A stretch of DNA of 64,000 nt from Squalus acanthias (Eukaryota), in contig CM059431.1 in NCBI GenBank assembly GCA_030390025.1, positions 157,482,001-157,546,000 of the forward strand, written 5' to 3'. Shown piece by piece: positions 1-12,900 of the stretch. Both the position numbers and the translations under genes were made by a program. Every line of letters begins with the position of its first letter. Position 1 is the first letter of the stretch. Under the pieces are notes generated by a model. That model searched no databases, was not told the DNA's origin, and saw nothing but the letters and a program-made list of their open reading frames with translations.

Positions 1-345
1 TCTATGTCATTTTGCGATCGATTGATATCATCATCAGTTTTTGCCAAACCCCGAAGTTTGGTGTCATCGGCAAATTTAGAAATTCTACTCTGTATTCCAA
101 TATCCAGCTCATTTATAAAAATAAAAAAGCATTGGCGCCAGCACTGACATTTGGGGAACACCACTGTCTACTATCCTCCAGTCTAAAAAACAGCCATTTA
201 CCACAACTCGCTGTTTTCTGTCCTTAAGACAATTCCTTATTCAAGCTGCCACTGATCCACCTATTCTATGAGCGTCAGTTTTGTTAACCAGCCTTCTATG
301 TGGTACTTTATCAAACGCCTTACGAAAATCCATGCAGACTACCGC
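1..345 (-). mobile_element. Degenerate CR1 LINE fragment (RT domain)
   Basis: Minus strand reads VVCMDFRKAFDKVPHRRL...RKQRVVVNG...SGVPQ and, after a frameshift, FADDTK; homologous to the RT at 4080-5801; contains stops. Confidence 0.9.
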
Positions 346-364
346 TCCTTTTATTTGCTCCGCT

Positions 365-1255
365 CTCGCTGTGCTCCCTCCAGGTCCGCTCCTTCCGATC
401 TCAGAAGTGGGAATGTTCGCTGATGATTGCACAGTGTTCAGTTCCATTCGCTACTGCTCAGATAATGAGGCAGTCTATGCCCGAATTCAGTAAGACCTGG
501 ACGACATTCAGGCTTGCCATAAGTGGCAAGTAATATTCGCGCCTTACAAGTTCCAGGCAACGACTATCTCCGACAAGAGAGCGTCCAGGCACCTCCCGTT
601 GACATTCAATGGCATTAGCATCATGGGATTGACCATTGACCAGAAACTTAAGTTGACCAGCCACTTTAATATGTGGTACAAGTGCAGGTGAGAGGCTGGC
701 TATTCTGCGTTGAGGATCTCACCTAATGGCCCAAGTCAGGAGTGTGATGGAATACTCTCGAATTGCCTGCATGATTGCAGCTGGAACAACACTCAAGAAA
801 CTCGACAAAACCAGCACAAGCAGCCCGCTTGATCGGCTCTCTATCGAACACATTAAACTTTCACTCCCTCCACCATCGGCGCACCGTGTCTGCAGTGTAT
901 ACCATCTAAACGATGCACTACAGCTCGCCAGGGCTTCTGCGACAGCACCTACCAATCCGGCGACCTCCAGTATCGAGAAGGACAACGGTAGCAGTTGCAA
1001 TAGAACACCATCACCACCAGGTTCCCCTCCAAGTTACACAACATCCTGACTCAGAAATATGTCGTCATTCCTTCATCGTCGCTGGGTCAAAATCCTGGAA
1101 TCCCTCCGTAACAGCGCTGAGGAAGTACCTTCGCCACACGGACTGCAGTGGTTCAGAAGGCGGCTCACCACCACCTTCCCAAGGGCAACACGGGGTTTAC
1201 AATAAATGATGGCCTTACCAGAGACGCCCACTTCCCTTTAGCGAATGAAAAAAAT
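365..1255 (+). mobile_element. Degenerate 3' part of a second non-LTR (CR1/L2-group) LINE family
   Basis: EVGMFADDCTVF and AQVRSVMEYS...TTLKKLD in shifted frames; homologous to 26451-27242 (-); ends in a short A-run near 1255. Confidence 0.85.
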
Positions 1256-1269
1256 GTAATTGGGAATCT

Positions 1270-2055
1270 AGCTGGGGTATGCAAAGGGTCAGAGTAATCT
1301 GCTCTATTGAGCACGCAAATGGACAGATTACCCGAATGCAATTGGGCCTGTAAAGGCTGAGCCAAACTTGGGCTATGCAGAGGATCATAGTCCCTGGCCT
1401 ATTTCATCAGCAGATGGTTTGAGTGCCGTAGGTTTTATATAGAGGACCAGAGTACCTTGGATATTGGACCTGCACAGGGTCAGAGTACCCAGCAATTATG
1501 AAACAGCAGAGCGCCAGAGTCCCGTCATCTACAGAGAATCAGTGTGCCCTTTGTTCCCGGGAAGGTAGAGGGACTATTTATCCTGTAGAAGTACAGAATA
1601 CCTGCGGGTATTGGGATTGTAGAAACTCAGATTAGCTTGGGCCACAGGGCTGCCAGGGGATAAGAGTACCCTGCGCAATCGAGATTACAGAGGCGCGAAG
1701 TACCATGACGTATTGTGTATGTAGAGTGTGTGAGGACCCTGCGCTTGATGAGAGTCGGATTTTCCTGGGCTATGCCAAGGTTCAGAGTGCCCTGGCTATG
1801 CAATGGATCTGAGTTCCATCGGCTATTGGGTTTGTAGAGAGAGTACCATGGGCAATATAGAAGATCTGATGCCATGGAATCACAGGTCTGTCGAGGTTCA
1901 CAGAACCCTGTGCTATTGGGCACACTTAGTATCAGAGTACTCTGAGCTATTGACCCTGCAGTGGGCCGGAATACCCTGCGCTATTGGGCCTAGATTGGCT
2001 CAGAGTAACCCGGGCTATTGAGCCTACAGAGGATAAGAATACCCTGGACTATGCA
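1270..2055. repeat. Degenerate ~31-33 bp tandem repeat
   Basis: Recurrent cagagtaccctg(g/c)gctattgggcct..agagg motif at about 30-bp spacing. Confidence 0.75.
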
Positions 2056-2489
2056 ACGTTAGTTGGAAGCCAGTTGGGAGAGGCACCAGAGTTTCCAGGT
2101 GCGCCCCTTTTGTAGAAGGGCTATCAATCAGCCATGCCTCCCTCACCGGATCATGATCTCGTGTTCACTGCTTAAAACTGCAATTGATTTGCTGTCATTC
2201 CGGAATCAATCGGCTCGAATTTACTCCCCCTCACAGAACATGCGGTGTGGTCTAACACCAAAGAACACTCAGAAGAGGGACTGCACGTGTTTCAGCTTCA
2301 GTTGGGTCCGGCCCATTCGGTGATAGACTAACCTTCTGAGTGGAGGGGAGGAAACTACGTAAAGGTGTATGTGTGTACATTTTGGCCCGCTTTTGGTGAG
2401 TGTCCATCTTTCCAGAGACTTCAGGACATTGACGACGCCGGCACACCAGTGTTCTGTCCAATACATTGGACACAACTCCCCAGCTCTTA

Positions 2490-2618
2490 TTTCAAATTGT
2501 GCCATTGCAACATTTAAGTCCAGCTGAGAAGTTAGACCTGGCCTCGATTTAAGGTCTAATCTAAGAGATGTCACCTCAGGCAGTGCAGCGCTCCCTCAGT
2601 TCTGCGCTGAAGTGTCAG
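2490..2618 (-). mobile_element. DeuSINE central-domain fragment
   Basis: Reverse complement gctgacacttcagcgcagaactgagggagcgctgcactg matches the SINE core at 18428-18500. Confidence 0.7.
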
Positions 2619-3881
2619 CAAATATACATCACACCCCATCGCTAGCCTTATCTCCAACTTGCCACAATATTACCGAGAAGAACGCGCCTCTGAGTCAATT
2701 CTACAATTGAACTCACAGACGTACAGCCCGTATCTACTAGACACTTCGTGAAGCACAGGAAGCCGCTCCACCTGTGACTCCTGTTTCTCTCTGTCAGATC
2801 TGCAGGATGTCGCAAAAAGCAGTTTATTTGTGTCCTGAGATGTCCAGCACTGGTTATTGAATGACCATATTCTGAACAGTGCGATCCACATACCCTTTCT
2901 ACCTTGCAATATGAATGGGTTAGTTAATAATCTTGTTGTGCGTGGTCCTTTTGCGAAGAGTGACCATAACATGATAGAATTCTTCATTAAAATGGAAAGT
3001 GAAGAAGTCCAATCCGAAACTACGGTCCGAAATCTAAACAAAGGAAACTACGGAGGTATGAGGTGTGAGTTATCTATGCCAGATTGGTGAGCTTCATTAA
3101 AATGCATGATGGTGGATAGGCAATTGCTAACATTTAAGGAACGAATGCATGAATTGCAACAGTTGTACATTCCTTTCTGAAGTAAAAACACGAAAGGAAA
3201 AGTGGCCCAACTATGGCTAACAAAATAAATAGAGTATTAGATTCAAAGAGGTGTCATATAAATTTGCCAGAAAAAGTTGCAAGACTGAGGATTGGGAGCA
3301 GTTTAGAGTTCAGCAAAAAAGGATCAAGAGAATGATTAAGAAGGGAAAAATAGAGTATGAGAGTATACTTGAAAGGAACATAAAAGCGGATTGTAAAAGC
3401 CTCTACAAGTATGAAAAAGAAAAAAGTTAGTGAAGACAAATGTAGGTCGCCTGCAGTCAGAAGCGGGAGAATTTATAATAGGGAACGAGGAAATGACAGA
3501 TCAATTAAACAAATACTTTGTTTCTGTCGTCACGTAAGAGGACACGAATAAATTCTCAGAAATGCTAGGGAAACAAGGGTCCAGTGAGAAGGAGGAATTA
3601 AACGAAATTAGTATTAGTAAGAAAATAGTGCTGGAGAAATTATTGGGACTGAAAGCTGATAAATCCCCAGGGACTGATAATCAGGAACCCAGAGTGCTAA
3701 ACGAGGTAGCCATGGAAATAGTGGATGCATTGTTTGTCATCTTCCAATATTCTATAGATAATGGAACAGTTCATGCAGATTGGAGAGTGGCAAATGGAAC
3801 CCCACTATTTAAAAAAACGATCGAGAGAGAAAACGGGGAACTACAGACCTAACATCAGCAGTAGGGAAAATGATATAGTCT

Positions 3882-5897
3882 AGCATAAAATCCAAAGATA
3901 GGGCGTATAAAATAGCCAAAAAAAGCGCCAGAGCAGAAGATTGGGAACAGTTTAAGATAGAGCAAAGGAGGACAAAGGGCTTAATCAAGAGGGGCAAAAT
4001 AGCTTACGAAAGCAAGCTGGCGGAAAATATAAAAACTAACTCCAAAAGCTTTTATAAGTATATCAAGAGGAAAAGACTGGTGAAAACCAAAGTTGGTCCA
4101 TTGCAGTCAGATACGGGGGAATATATAACGGGAAATAAGGAAATGGCAGACCAACTAAATGCATACTTTGGGTCAGTCTTTACGAAGGAAGACACAAAAA
4201 ATGTCCCTGGGATATCGGGAAAAATAGGGACATTGGCAAAGGAGGAACTGACGCAAATCAATATCACTAAGGATATGGTGTTAAGGAACCTAAAGGGATT
4301 GAAGGCGGACAAATCCCCAGGGCCTGATAACATGCATCCTAGGGTACTGAAGGAGGTGGCCCTAGAGATAGCGGATGCACTAAGTATGATTTTTCAGAAT
4401 TCATTAGACTCGGGAACAGTGCCCATGGATTGGAGGGTAGCTAACGTTACCCCACTATTCAAAAAGGGGGGTAGGGAAAAAGCAGGTAATTACAGACCTG
4501 TAAGCCTTACATCAGTTGTGGGCAAAATGCTGGAGTCCATCATTAAGGATGAAATAGCGGAGCACTTAGCAAATGGGGACAGGATAGGACAGAGTCAACA
4601 TGGATTTACAAAGGGTAAATCGTGCTTGACTAATCTATTGGAATTTTTTGAGGGAGTAACTGGTAAAATAGATGGGGGAGAGCCAGTAGATGTGGTGTAC
4701 CTGGACTTCCAAAAGGCCTTCGACAAGGTCCCACATAAAAGATTAGCATGGAAAATTGAAGCTCATGGGATAAAGGGGAAAGTATTGACGTGGATAGAGA
4801 ATTGGCTGTCAGATAGAAAACAGAGAGTTGGAATAAACGGCTCATTTTCTGAATGGCAGGCAGTAACAAGTGGGGTACCACAGGGATCTGTCCTGGGTCC
4901 CCAGCTGTTCACAATTTACATTAATGACCTGGATCAGGGAGTCGGATGCAACATTTCCAAATTTGCAGACGACACTAAACTAGGAGGGGGGGTGGGCTCA
5001 GAGGAGGAGACCAGGAAGCTCCAGAGCGATTTGGACAGACTGGGTGATTGGGCGGATAAATGGCAGATGCACTATAATGTGGACAAGTGCGAAGTTATCC
5101 ACCTTGGGTGCAGGAACGGGAGGGCAAATTATTATTTAAATGGCAATAAATTGGGAGAGGGAGAAGTACAGAGAGACCTGGGTGTTCTTGTACACCAGTC
5201 ACTGAAGGCGAGCATGCAGGTGCAACAGGCGGTCAAGAAGGCAAACGGTATGCTGGCCTTCATAGCAAAAGGGTTGGTATACAGGAACAGGGATACCTTG
5301 CGGCAGCTGTACAGGGCACTGGTGAGACCACACCTCGAGTACTGTGTACAGTTTTGGTCGCCTCATCTGAGGAAAGATGTTCTTGCCATGGAGGGGGTGC
5401 AGCGGCGATTCACCAGGCTGATACCAGGAATGGCGGGATTGACCTATGAGGAGAGACTATGTAGTTTAGGGATGTACACACTGGAGTTTAGAAGATTGAG
5501 AGAGGACCTCATAGAAGTGTATAAAATTCTGACAGGTCTAGACAGACTAGATGCAGAAGGAATGTTTCCCTTGGCGGGTGAGAACAGAACTAGAGGACAT
5601 AATTTAAGGATAAGGGCTAAACCATTTAGGACGGAAATGAGGGGGAATTTCTTCACTCAGAGGGTGGTGAACCTGTGGAACTCATTGCCACAGAGGGCAG
5701 TGTACGCCAGCTCATTAAATATATTTAAGAGGGAATTAGATATATTTCTACAGGCAAAAGGGGTTAAGGGTTACGGAGAGAAGGCGGGGACGGGATACTG
5801 AATTGGAGGATTAGCCATGATCTCATTAAATGGCGGAGCAGGCTCGAAGGGCCGGATGGCCTACTCCTGCTCCTATCTTCTATGTATCTATGTATCT
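3882..5897 (+). mobile_element. Young 5'-truncated CR1 LINE nested in the older CR1; uninterrupted ORF2 (reverse transcriptase) 3882-5801
   Basis: Frame open from 3882 (SIKSKDRAYK...) to TGA at 5801; NYRPVSLTS, LDFQKAFDKVPH, GVPQGSVLGP, FADDTKL; 3' UTR and (tatgtatc)n tail. Confidence 0.95.
4080..5801 (+). CDS. CR1 ORF2 C-terminal portion, reverse transcriptase (truncated, no endonuclease; not a host gene)
   Basis: 573-aa ORF with all non-LTR RT motifs; the GTG start is an artefact of 5' truncation. Confidence 0.8.
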   Translation: MKTKVGPLQSDTGEYITGNKEMADQLNAYFGSVFTKEDTKNVPGISGKIGTLAKEELTQINITKDMVLRNLKGLKADKSPGPDNMHPRVLKEVALEIADALSMIFQNSLDSGTVPMDWRVANVTPLFKKGGREKAGNYRPVSLTSVVGKMLESIIKDEIAEHLANGDRIGQSQHGFTKGKSCLTNLLEFFEGVTGKIDGGEPVDVVYLDFQKAFDKVPHKRLAWKIEAHGIKGKVLTWIENWLSDRKQRVGINGSFSEWQAVTSGVPQGSVLGPQLFTIYINDLDQGVGCNISKFADDTKLGGGVGSEEETRKLQSDLDRLGDWADKWQMHYNVDKCEVIHLGCRNGRANYYLNGNKLGEGEVQRDLGVLVHQSLKASMQVQQAVKKANGMLAFIAKGLVYRNRDTLRQLYRALVRPHLEYCVQFWSPHLRKDVLAMEGVQRRFTRLIPGMAGLTYEERLCSLGMYTLEFRRLREDLIEVYKILTGLDRLDAEGMFPLAGENRTRGHNLRIRAKPFRTEMRGNFFTQRVVNLWNSLPQRAVYASSLNIFKRELDIFLQAKGVKGYGEKAGTGY

Positions 5898-6295
5898 ATA
5901 AAGGATGTGATAACAGGACACTTAGAAAATATCAACGGGATTAGACAAAGTCAACATGGATTTATGAAAGGCAAATCGTCTTTCACAAACCCACTGAATT
6001 TTTTTGAGGATGTAACTGGTAGAATAGGTAAGGGAGAACCAGTGGATGTGGTGTGTTTGGATTTTCAGAAGGCCTTTGATAAAGTCGCACATAAGAGGTT
6101 AGTGTGCAAAATTAAAGCTCATGGCATTGGGATAATGTACTGCCATGGATTGAAAATTGGTTAACATACAGGAAACAGAGAGAAGGAATAAATGTGTCTT
6201 TTTTCGAGGTGGCAGGTGTTGACCAATGATCTAACACAGGGAACAATGCTTGGTCCGCAGCTAATCACAATATATATCAATGATTTGGATGAGGG

Positions 6296-7728
6296 TGTAA
6301 TGGAATAAGCCATATTCCAAGAAATACATCATCCTATGGATAGATTTTGATGTTATTAATAAAAGACATACTGAGTTTAAAAGTCTGGAAAGCCTCGGCG
6401 ACATAGGCTGCAAACACAATGCAGGCTTCTGAGATAAGATTAAGTGTTAACAAAAGCTGTAAAATACCACAAGCTTTGAAATGGTAGATGGTTGTAAACA
6501 CCAAAACAATGCCCCTATTGAAGCAACCCATTGGTGCTTCCAGAAGGTCTGGAGTTTGGGAGAAACAAAATGGAATGATCCAAGTAAAGTGTTATAAGCT
6601 AACACTCAGGGAAACAGAAACTTAGAACATTAAACAACAATATGCCTTCATAAAGTAACATCAAATAAGACAGGACACACGATTAAATATGCAACCAATT
6701 GAGATAGCAAGAAAACAAGAAAACACTCTAAGAGAAGTGTTTTCAATTTATAAATTGTAAAAGACACCTACAGAGAATCTTTGAAGATATAATATCAATA
6801 GATGACACCAAGCAATTACATTGTGTTTCTATTAAAATTGGAACACCACGAAGTCACGACGTCTGGTTTACAAGCAGTTAAGTGATATAAACAATTCAAT
6901 AAAAAGACTTCCTAGGAATGGCATCAAATAGATAAATCGATAATAACCATTTTATGATAGTTTTTTAAACACCAAAGGTAGAGACAGAATTCTAAAAGTT
7001 GGCAGCTGAAATGACAGTATGAATAGAAAAGAATTCAATAGAGTATCACTTGAGACAATTCGCTTATATCAGCAGGAAACTTCAAAGAAAATTCCATTAA
7101 AAAAAGGTATAAAAATATAGCTTTTCAGATAGAGAGTCAGAAGTCGCTGGGAAGGGGCAGAGCGATTCTCGCCTTCAGAACCATTCTGTAGGCCTACAAA
7201 TCTGGGTCTCGGGTAATCAAGGTATTTGATTTTGGTGGATATTCTGGATTAAGAAATAATTAATAGTGTGAAAATGTAACGCAGTTAAAATTTGAGAATA
7301 AGGATCTCTGATAAGAAATGTAAGCTATTTGCATTTTGAACGGTTAAGATTGCGATTGCCATACCAACTGTTAACTTGATGTCGGTTCTTTAATAAATCT
7401 ATATATTTTTTAAATTGTCTCAAAGAGTATTTCTGTATCAATCTTGCGAACTCAATTTCTGTACACACTTCAGTGAGGAATTGCAGAATTCTGGGGTTGT
7501 TTTGCAGACCCTCATAATATCCGAAACGTTACAGTCTAGTTAAAATTGTGAAAAGTGCTATCCGGAGGAGGGTAACATCTTCAGGCCGTTCCTTTCCTTT
7601 AGGGAGAGATAGTCGGAACCTTTAGACCAAATTAATCGTCTCTAGGATTCGGCTACTGATAACTTTAGTTGAAGGTGAACGTCTGGGGAATACGCCTGAT
7701 CTGGGGTAGACTTGTAATTATCCCTTCA
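6296..7728 (+). mobile_element. Solo LTR (1433 bp) of an ERV or Gypsy-type element
   Basis: TG...CA termini; 4-bp TSD AGGG at 6292-6295 and 7729-7732; host CR1 rejoins precisely; TATAAAA 7108-7114; AATAAA 7392-7397; no coding capacity. Confidence 0.85.
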
Positions 7729-9305
7729 AGGGAACCAAATGTAATATTTCCAAGTTTGCTGGCGACACGAAACTAGTTGGGATTGTGAGTTGTGAGGATG
7801 TTCCAAAGAGGCTTCAAGGCGAATTAGACAAGTTGAGTGAGTGGGCAAATTCATGGCAGACGCAGTATAACGTGAATCAATGTAAAGTTATCCACTTCGG
7901 TAGGAAAAGCTGAAAGGTCGAGTATTTTTTAAATGGTGCTAGATTGGGAAATGCTGATGGACAAAGGGACCTGGGTGACCTTGTCACTGAAAGCAAACAT
8001 GCAGGTGCAGAAAGCAGTTACGAAGGCAAATGTTATGTTGGCCTTCATTGCATGAGGAGTTGAGCACAGGTGCAAGGATGTCATACTACAGATGTACTGG
8101 GTCTTGGTGAGACCACACCTGGAGTGCTGTGAGCAATTTACCTTACCTTACCTAAGAAAGGATATACTTGACATAGAGTGAGTGCAGCGAAGGTTCCCCA
8201 GACTGATTCCTGGGATGGCAGGACTGTCGTATGAGGAGAGATTGGGTCGACTACGCCTGTATTCACTAGAGTTTAGAAGAATGAGAGGGGATCTCATTGA
8301 AATGTATACAATTCTGACAGGGCTAGACAGACTGGATGCAGGGAGGCTGTTTTATCTGGCTGGGGTGGGGGGTGTTCTAGAACGAGAGGTCACAGTCTCA
8401 GGATACGGGGTAGGACATTTAGGACTGAGATGAGGAGAAACTTATTCACTCAGAGTGTGGTCAAGCTGTGGAATTCTCCACCACTGAAGGCTGTGGAGGC
8501 CAATCACTGAATATATTTAAGAAGAAGATAGATAGATTTCTAGACACAAAAGGCATCAAGCTGTATGGGGAGAGAGCATGAATATGATATTGAGATAGAG
8601 GATCAGCCATGATCATATTGAATGGCGGAGCAGTTTCGAAGGGCCGAATGGCCTACTCCTGCTACTATTTTTCTATGTTTTCTTTAAATATATCATTGCA
8701 CGCACATGTAATTCAGTCTCAATTGCAAATGGCGTTTATTTTGTTATTATTTCAATAATTCGTGTATTAGATGTTTTTGCAATATATAAAACATTCTTAT
8801 AGAGGTACATTATACATTCTGAGATCCAGATTTCTAATTGACGCTGTGGAGAGAGTTCTTAAGCTTTAATTACACCCTCTGCCCAGTGGCGGCGCTGCAA
8901 CGCCTCCCGATTACATTGTCCAACTTCTTGAAGAGAAATCTCCTGGCATCAGTGAACTCTATCTCTCTGCAAGCTAAATTATCTATAGTTTTGTTATTAT
9001 TTTTCAAATATAATATCAAATCAAAATATTAATAGAAAAATACAGACAGAATGCACGCCTTTAAAATTGGGACTGAATTAAATCTGTCCACCACTAGTAA
9101 TAACTCCTGTTCACTTCAGGAATTCGACTTCACGGCAACATCCTTGTCATGGAGTCACAAGGTGCAGGTTTCCATCACCAATCGCAGCGAGCTGAGACCT
9201 GAGCTCCGGCTCTGAATTCTATGACAACATCAGCGGGATTCTCCTCATTGAACAGCAGAACCATTACCGGCACCTGCTGTCGTAAAAAATGGGAGCAGTG
9301 GCTAT

Positions 9306-9575
9306 TATCTAAAATTGTTGATCTCAGTGTTGAGTCCGATAGGTGCCAAAGTGTCTAATCAAAAGATGATGTGCTATTCCTCGAGCTTCTGATGAGCTTA
9401 ATTTCCCGAGTACAAAGAATTAAATTGCACAGCGACCGGAAGCTCAGGGTCACACTTGCGGAGAGAACAGATGTGTTCACCAAAGCGATTACTGATTCAA
9501 CACTTGGTCTCCGCACTGTAGCGCAGACCGCATTGTTCAAAAATGCAACTGATTCTATAGAGTATCACCTAATTA
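9306..9575 (-). mobile_element. Penelope-like element, GIY-YIG endonuclease C-terminal fragment
   Basis: Minus strand gives QCGLRYSAETKC*ISNRFGEHICSLRKCDPELPVAVQFN...KLEE*HIIF*LDTLAPIGLNTEINNF, resembling the Penelope YIGETKR...RF.EH...HFN...GLN pattern. Confidence 0.75.
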
Positions 9576-9909
9576 ACATATTTGAATCAAACAATCTTCA
9601 TGATAAACATTCCATTATTCTATAATTACACTCAAATAATCCGATACATTGACCGACCTCAGAATTGTCACTCCTTCTGCACTGAATTGATTGTTTGTCA
9701 AACTGAAAAATATTAAAATAACGAAAAAATTATTATCCATAAGGAGTGGCTTCTTCCGTACACTGTGAGTAGCGATATTATTAAATTCATTTAAAATAAA
9801 TGTGTTTACTCATGTGAAGGAACTCTAGTCCATACAAATTAAAATATCGAAAATACATTGTAAGAGTGAAAGAAGATTTAATTAATAAATAGTTAACCTG
9901 GAAACTCAC

Positions 9910-12900
9910 CTGAATTCCTTGAGATTAGCTCTACTCTGGATGTGATTGCGCAATGCAAGAACAGAATTGTCAATCAGTCTATTGGCCTGTTCGCCTCCCT
10001 GATTATCGTTACTCAGATCCAGCTCCATCAGTGAACCATTTTCACAGAGAGGAGAGACTAGATTTTCCACACAATCATCTGTGATATCGTTAGATTTTAA
10101 CCTGCAGTGATCGAAAAATCATCAGAAATTATATAAAACGCTCAGATATTAATATATACACCACTTGCTAATAATTACTGTGAAATTCCAGAATCATGGG
10201 AGCAAACTTTTCATGAGATGTGCGTTTTTTCCTGTTTCAAAATTATTTCCGTCTTAATGTAAATTGAAAAGTGAGCTGCCTGTTCATCTTTCACACACTA
10301 ATTAGAATTGTTATAGATAAATAACTTGCTAGTTGGACAGTTTGATATTTTAAACATAATTACTCACTCCAGTCTCTGTATCTTACAATCAGTTTTCTAC
10401 AGATCGGCAGTGAGCCGTTTCACTCCTGAATCTCCCAGTTTATTCTGATTGAGTCTAAACACAAATAACCAAAACCAATAATAAATAGGTAGCAAGGCAA
10501 CAGATATAAATATTCGTAATTAAATAATGCATTTAACGTGGGACACTTTTGGCATCAAAGATGCGAAGATAAGACCAGTAATTCAAATTTAATTCTATGA
10601 TTTGCATTAAATTAGTTAGATATAGCGCATGCGGTCAAATCAGTGACCATCACACAGTGTAGCTGTTTACCGAGAAGTTTCTCTAATGCCCGTGGTCATG
10701 ACTTAACCATAGATTATAAAGTTATTACATTTAAATTAGGCACTGAGTGGTTGGCAGCTTAAATGATGAAAATCGTAGTCTGTAACGGAGTGGAATCTAC
10801 GACATATGTCTCTCACAGGACGATTCTCTTCATTAATAGGCGAATTCAGGGTTAAATTAGAGACCGTCCCTTTGATCTTGTCTCTATTTTAGGAAATTCA
10901 TCTATTTGATGCACTGAGGCTCACAAATGCCCTTAAATCATCCCCAAGTCTATTGGAGAATCCACTGATGGGGATTGTAAGAAATCGCTCGAATGTGCAT
11001 GAAAGCAGGTGGAGTGACATTGCCTCTCACTTTCCTTCCCTCCGGACCTCTGATGATGCCTTGGCACAGCAGTGCGGCTGGAGAGAGTATTCAGAATTTG
11101 AGGAATCGCAGTCGCGAACCCAAATCTAACTCCTTCACTTGGCATCATTGATCTCAACAACATTATTCATTTGGCAAATCTGATCTGATCGAGGAATTGG
11201 TAATTTTAGAAAAGTACAGTTAAAACTCGCTTATAAATTATTCAAATTGCAAAATATAACAATGATATTTGTTTACAGTTTAAAATAAAACAGATATGTT
11301 GTTGCTGACAATGTATGAGTGGCACAAGTGTCAGTAAGCAGAGGACACCGATTTAAGGTAATTGGCTAAAAAGCCAGAGGTGACATGAGGAAATACATTT
11401 ATGGAGCGAGTTGTTATGTTCTGGAATGCTCTGCCTGAAAGGCTGGTGGAAGCAGATTCAATAGTAGCTCTCCAAAGGAACTTGTAGAAATACTTAAAGG
11501 GAATAAATATGCAGGGCTATGGGGAAAGAACAGAGGACTGGGACTAATCGGATAGCTCTTTCGAAAAGCCGGCACAGTTAAGATGGGATGAACGGCCTCC
11601 TTCTATGCTGTAAGATTCTGTGAATCTGTGAAATGGTGTTTTTTTTCCAACAGCGATCAAATATATCATGATTAAAGTATAGGGGAATACATCTTACTGA
11701 TAAATTTAGATTCCCACGTTGTGCAAAGAGTGCGCTTGATTCGGATGTAATGTTGCCAACATCCAATCTGATCTAATTAAATGAGCAACCCAGCACTTTC
11801 AGGCATTAACTGAACAGACACTCCGTTGCCGTCTGTTACGGTTCCATTGAGCACAGCAGTGATTGGAATGACAGAATGTGTTCATTATTTGATCGAATTC
11901 AGTGAATGTTTTTACTTGACCTTATATTATCTCACGTGCCAGTTTAACGGTAGTATTTGATAATGATATTTAACGTAATCGGTGAATTACCTGAGTATTT
12001 TACATTTTTGTAGCACGAGCTCCAGCTGATGGATGCCTTCATCTTGTATTCCACAGGAACTATGATTCAACTCTTCAATCAGTTAAACGGCCATTAGTGC
12101 GTTTTAAAGAACCGCACACTCAGAAGGTTTAAGAGGACACTCTGTAAATTTCATTATCTTTATCGGTGTTATGGCGGCCTTCATCAGTTTTATGTCTCCA
12201 AATTCAAGGAAATAGTGCAATATCTTGAAGAATGTCCTTTGGCTTTGCACATCTTCCAAGTTCTTAACACGTCTTTTGACATGTTCTGTGAGCAAATCCG
12301 ACACACACCGGAATGCTTCAGAAGGAAATTCTCCCAATTGTCTTTCAAGCTGATCAGTTGAATTCCGTGAGGAGAGACCGATAAGAAAACGTGAAAATAT
12401 ATTGAATCTCACGTCAATGCACGTGAACCCTTCATTGAGCAATACTCCCAGTCCATATCCTGGCGTGCTTAGTCTTTTCATAAGTGCAGCGACAAAGTCC
12501 TGCACGGCGGAGTGACTGAATGTGTAGACAAAACTGCAAAGATCTTTCTCTGGAAATTCCATCATAAACGCAGAGAAAAAATTGGAAAGTTCGAGTCTGT
12601 GGCGATATAATTGTTCGGTTTTTAACACAACGGTTTTCTTGCAAATACCCTCGTAGGCCAAAATCCCCAGTTTCAGCAACATGTCGCGAGAGGTTTCCGC
12701 GTCACAGCCGCACCTCTCTAAAAGGCTTGTGACGTACGTGGAGAACACCTGTGTGCTGGTTGTGACGGACAATGGTCTCTCCCCCGCTCCTTGTGACCGG
12801 TGTGACTCTAATAATGAAGCGAGGACCGAGCAGTAAAGAGGATTATAGCACATGGTGTGCAATGTCTCATTCTGCTCAATGTACTCGATTACAACTCTAG

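Larger units (their letters stand above)
2903..8682 (+). mobile_element. Old CR1 LINE split into three pieces (2903-3881, 5898-6295, 7733-8682) by two nested insertions
   Basis: End of the endonuclease domain (GPFAKSDHNMIEF), then RT motifs that resume exactly across both insertions (VGKMI*S|IKDVITGHL; NDLDEG|TKCNISKFAGDTK); CR1 3' UTR at about 8600-8682; many stops and frameshifts. Confidence 0.92.

Noticed and set aside
2236..2900. Possible + strand exons after acceptor-like sites (about 2236, 2415, 2797)
   Set aside because: Stops in likely frames and no recognisable protein; cannot be supported without a homology search
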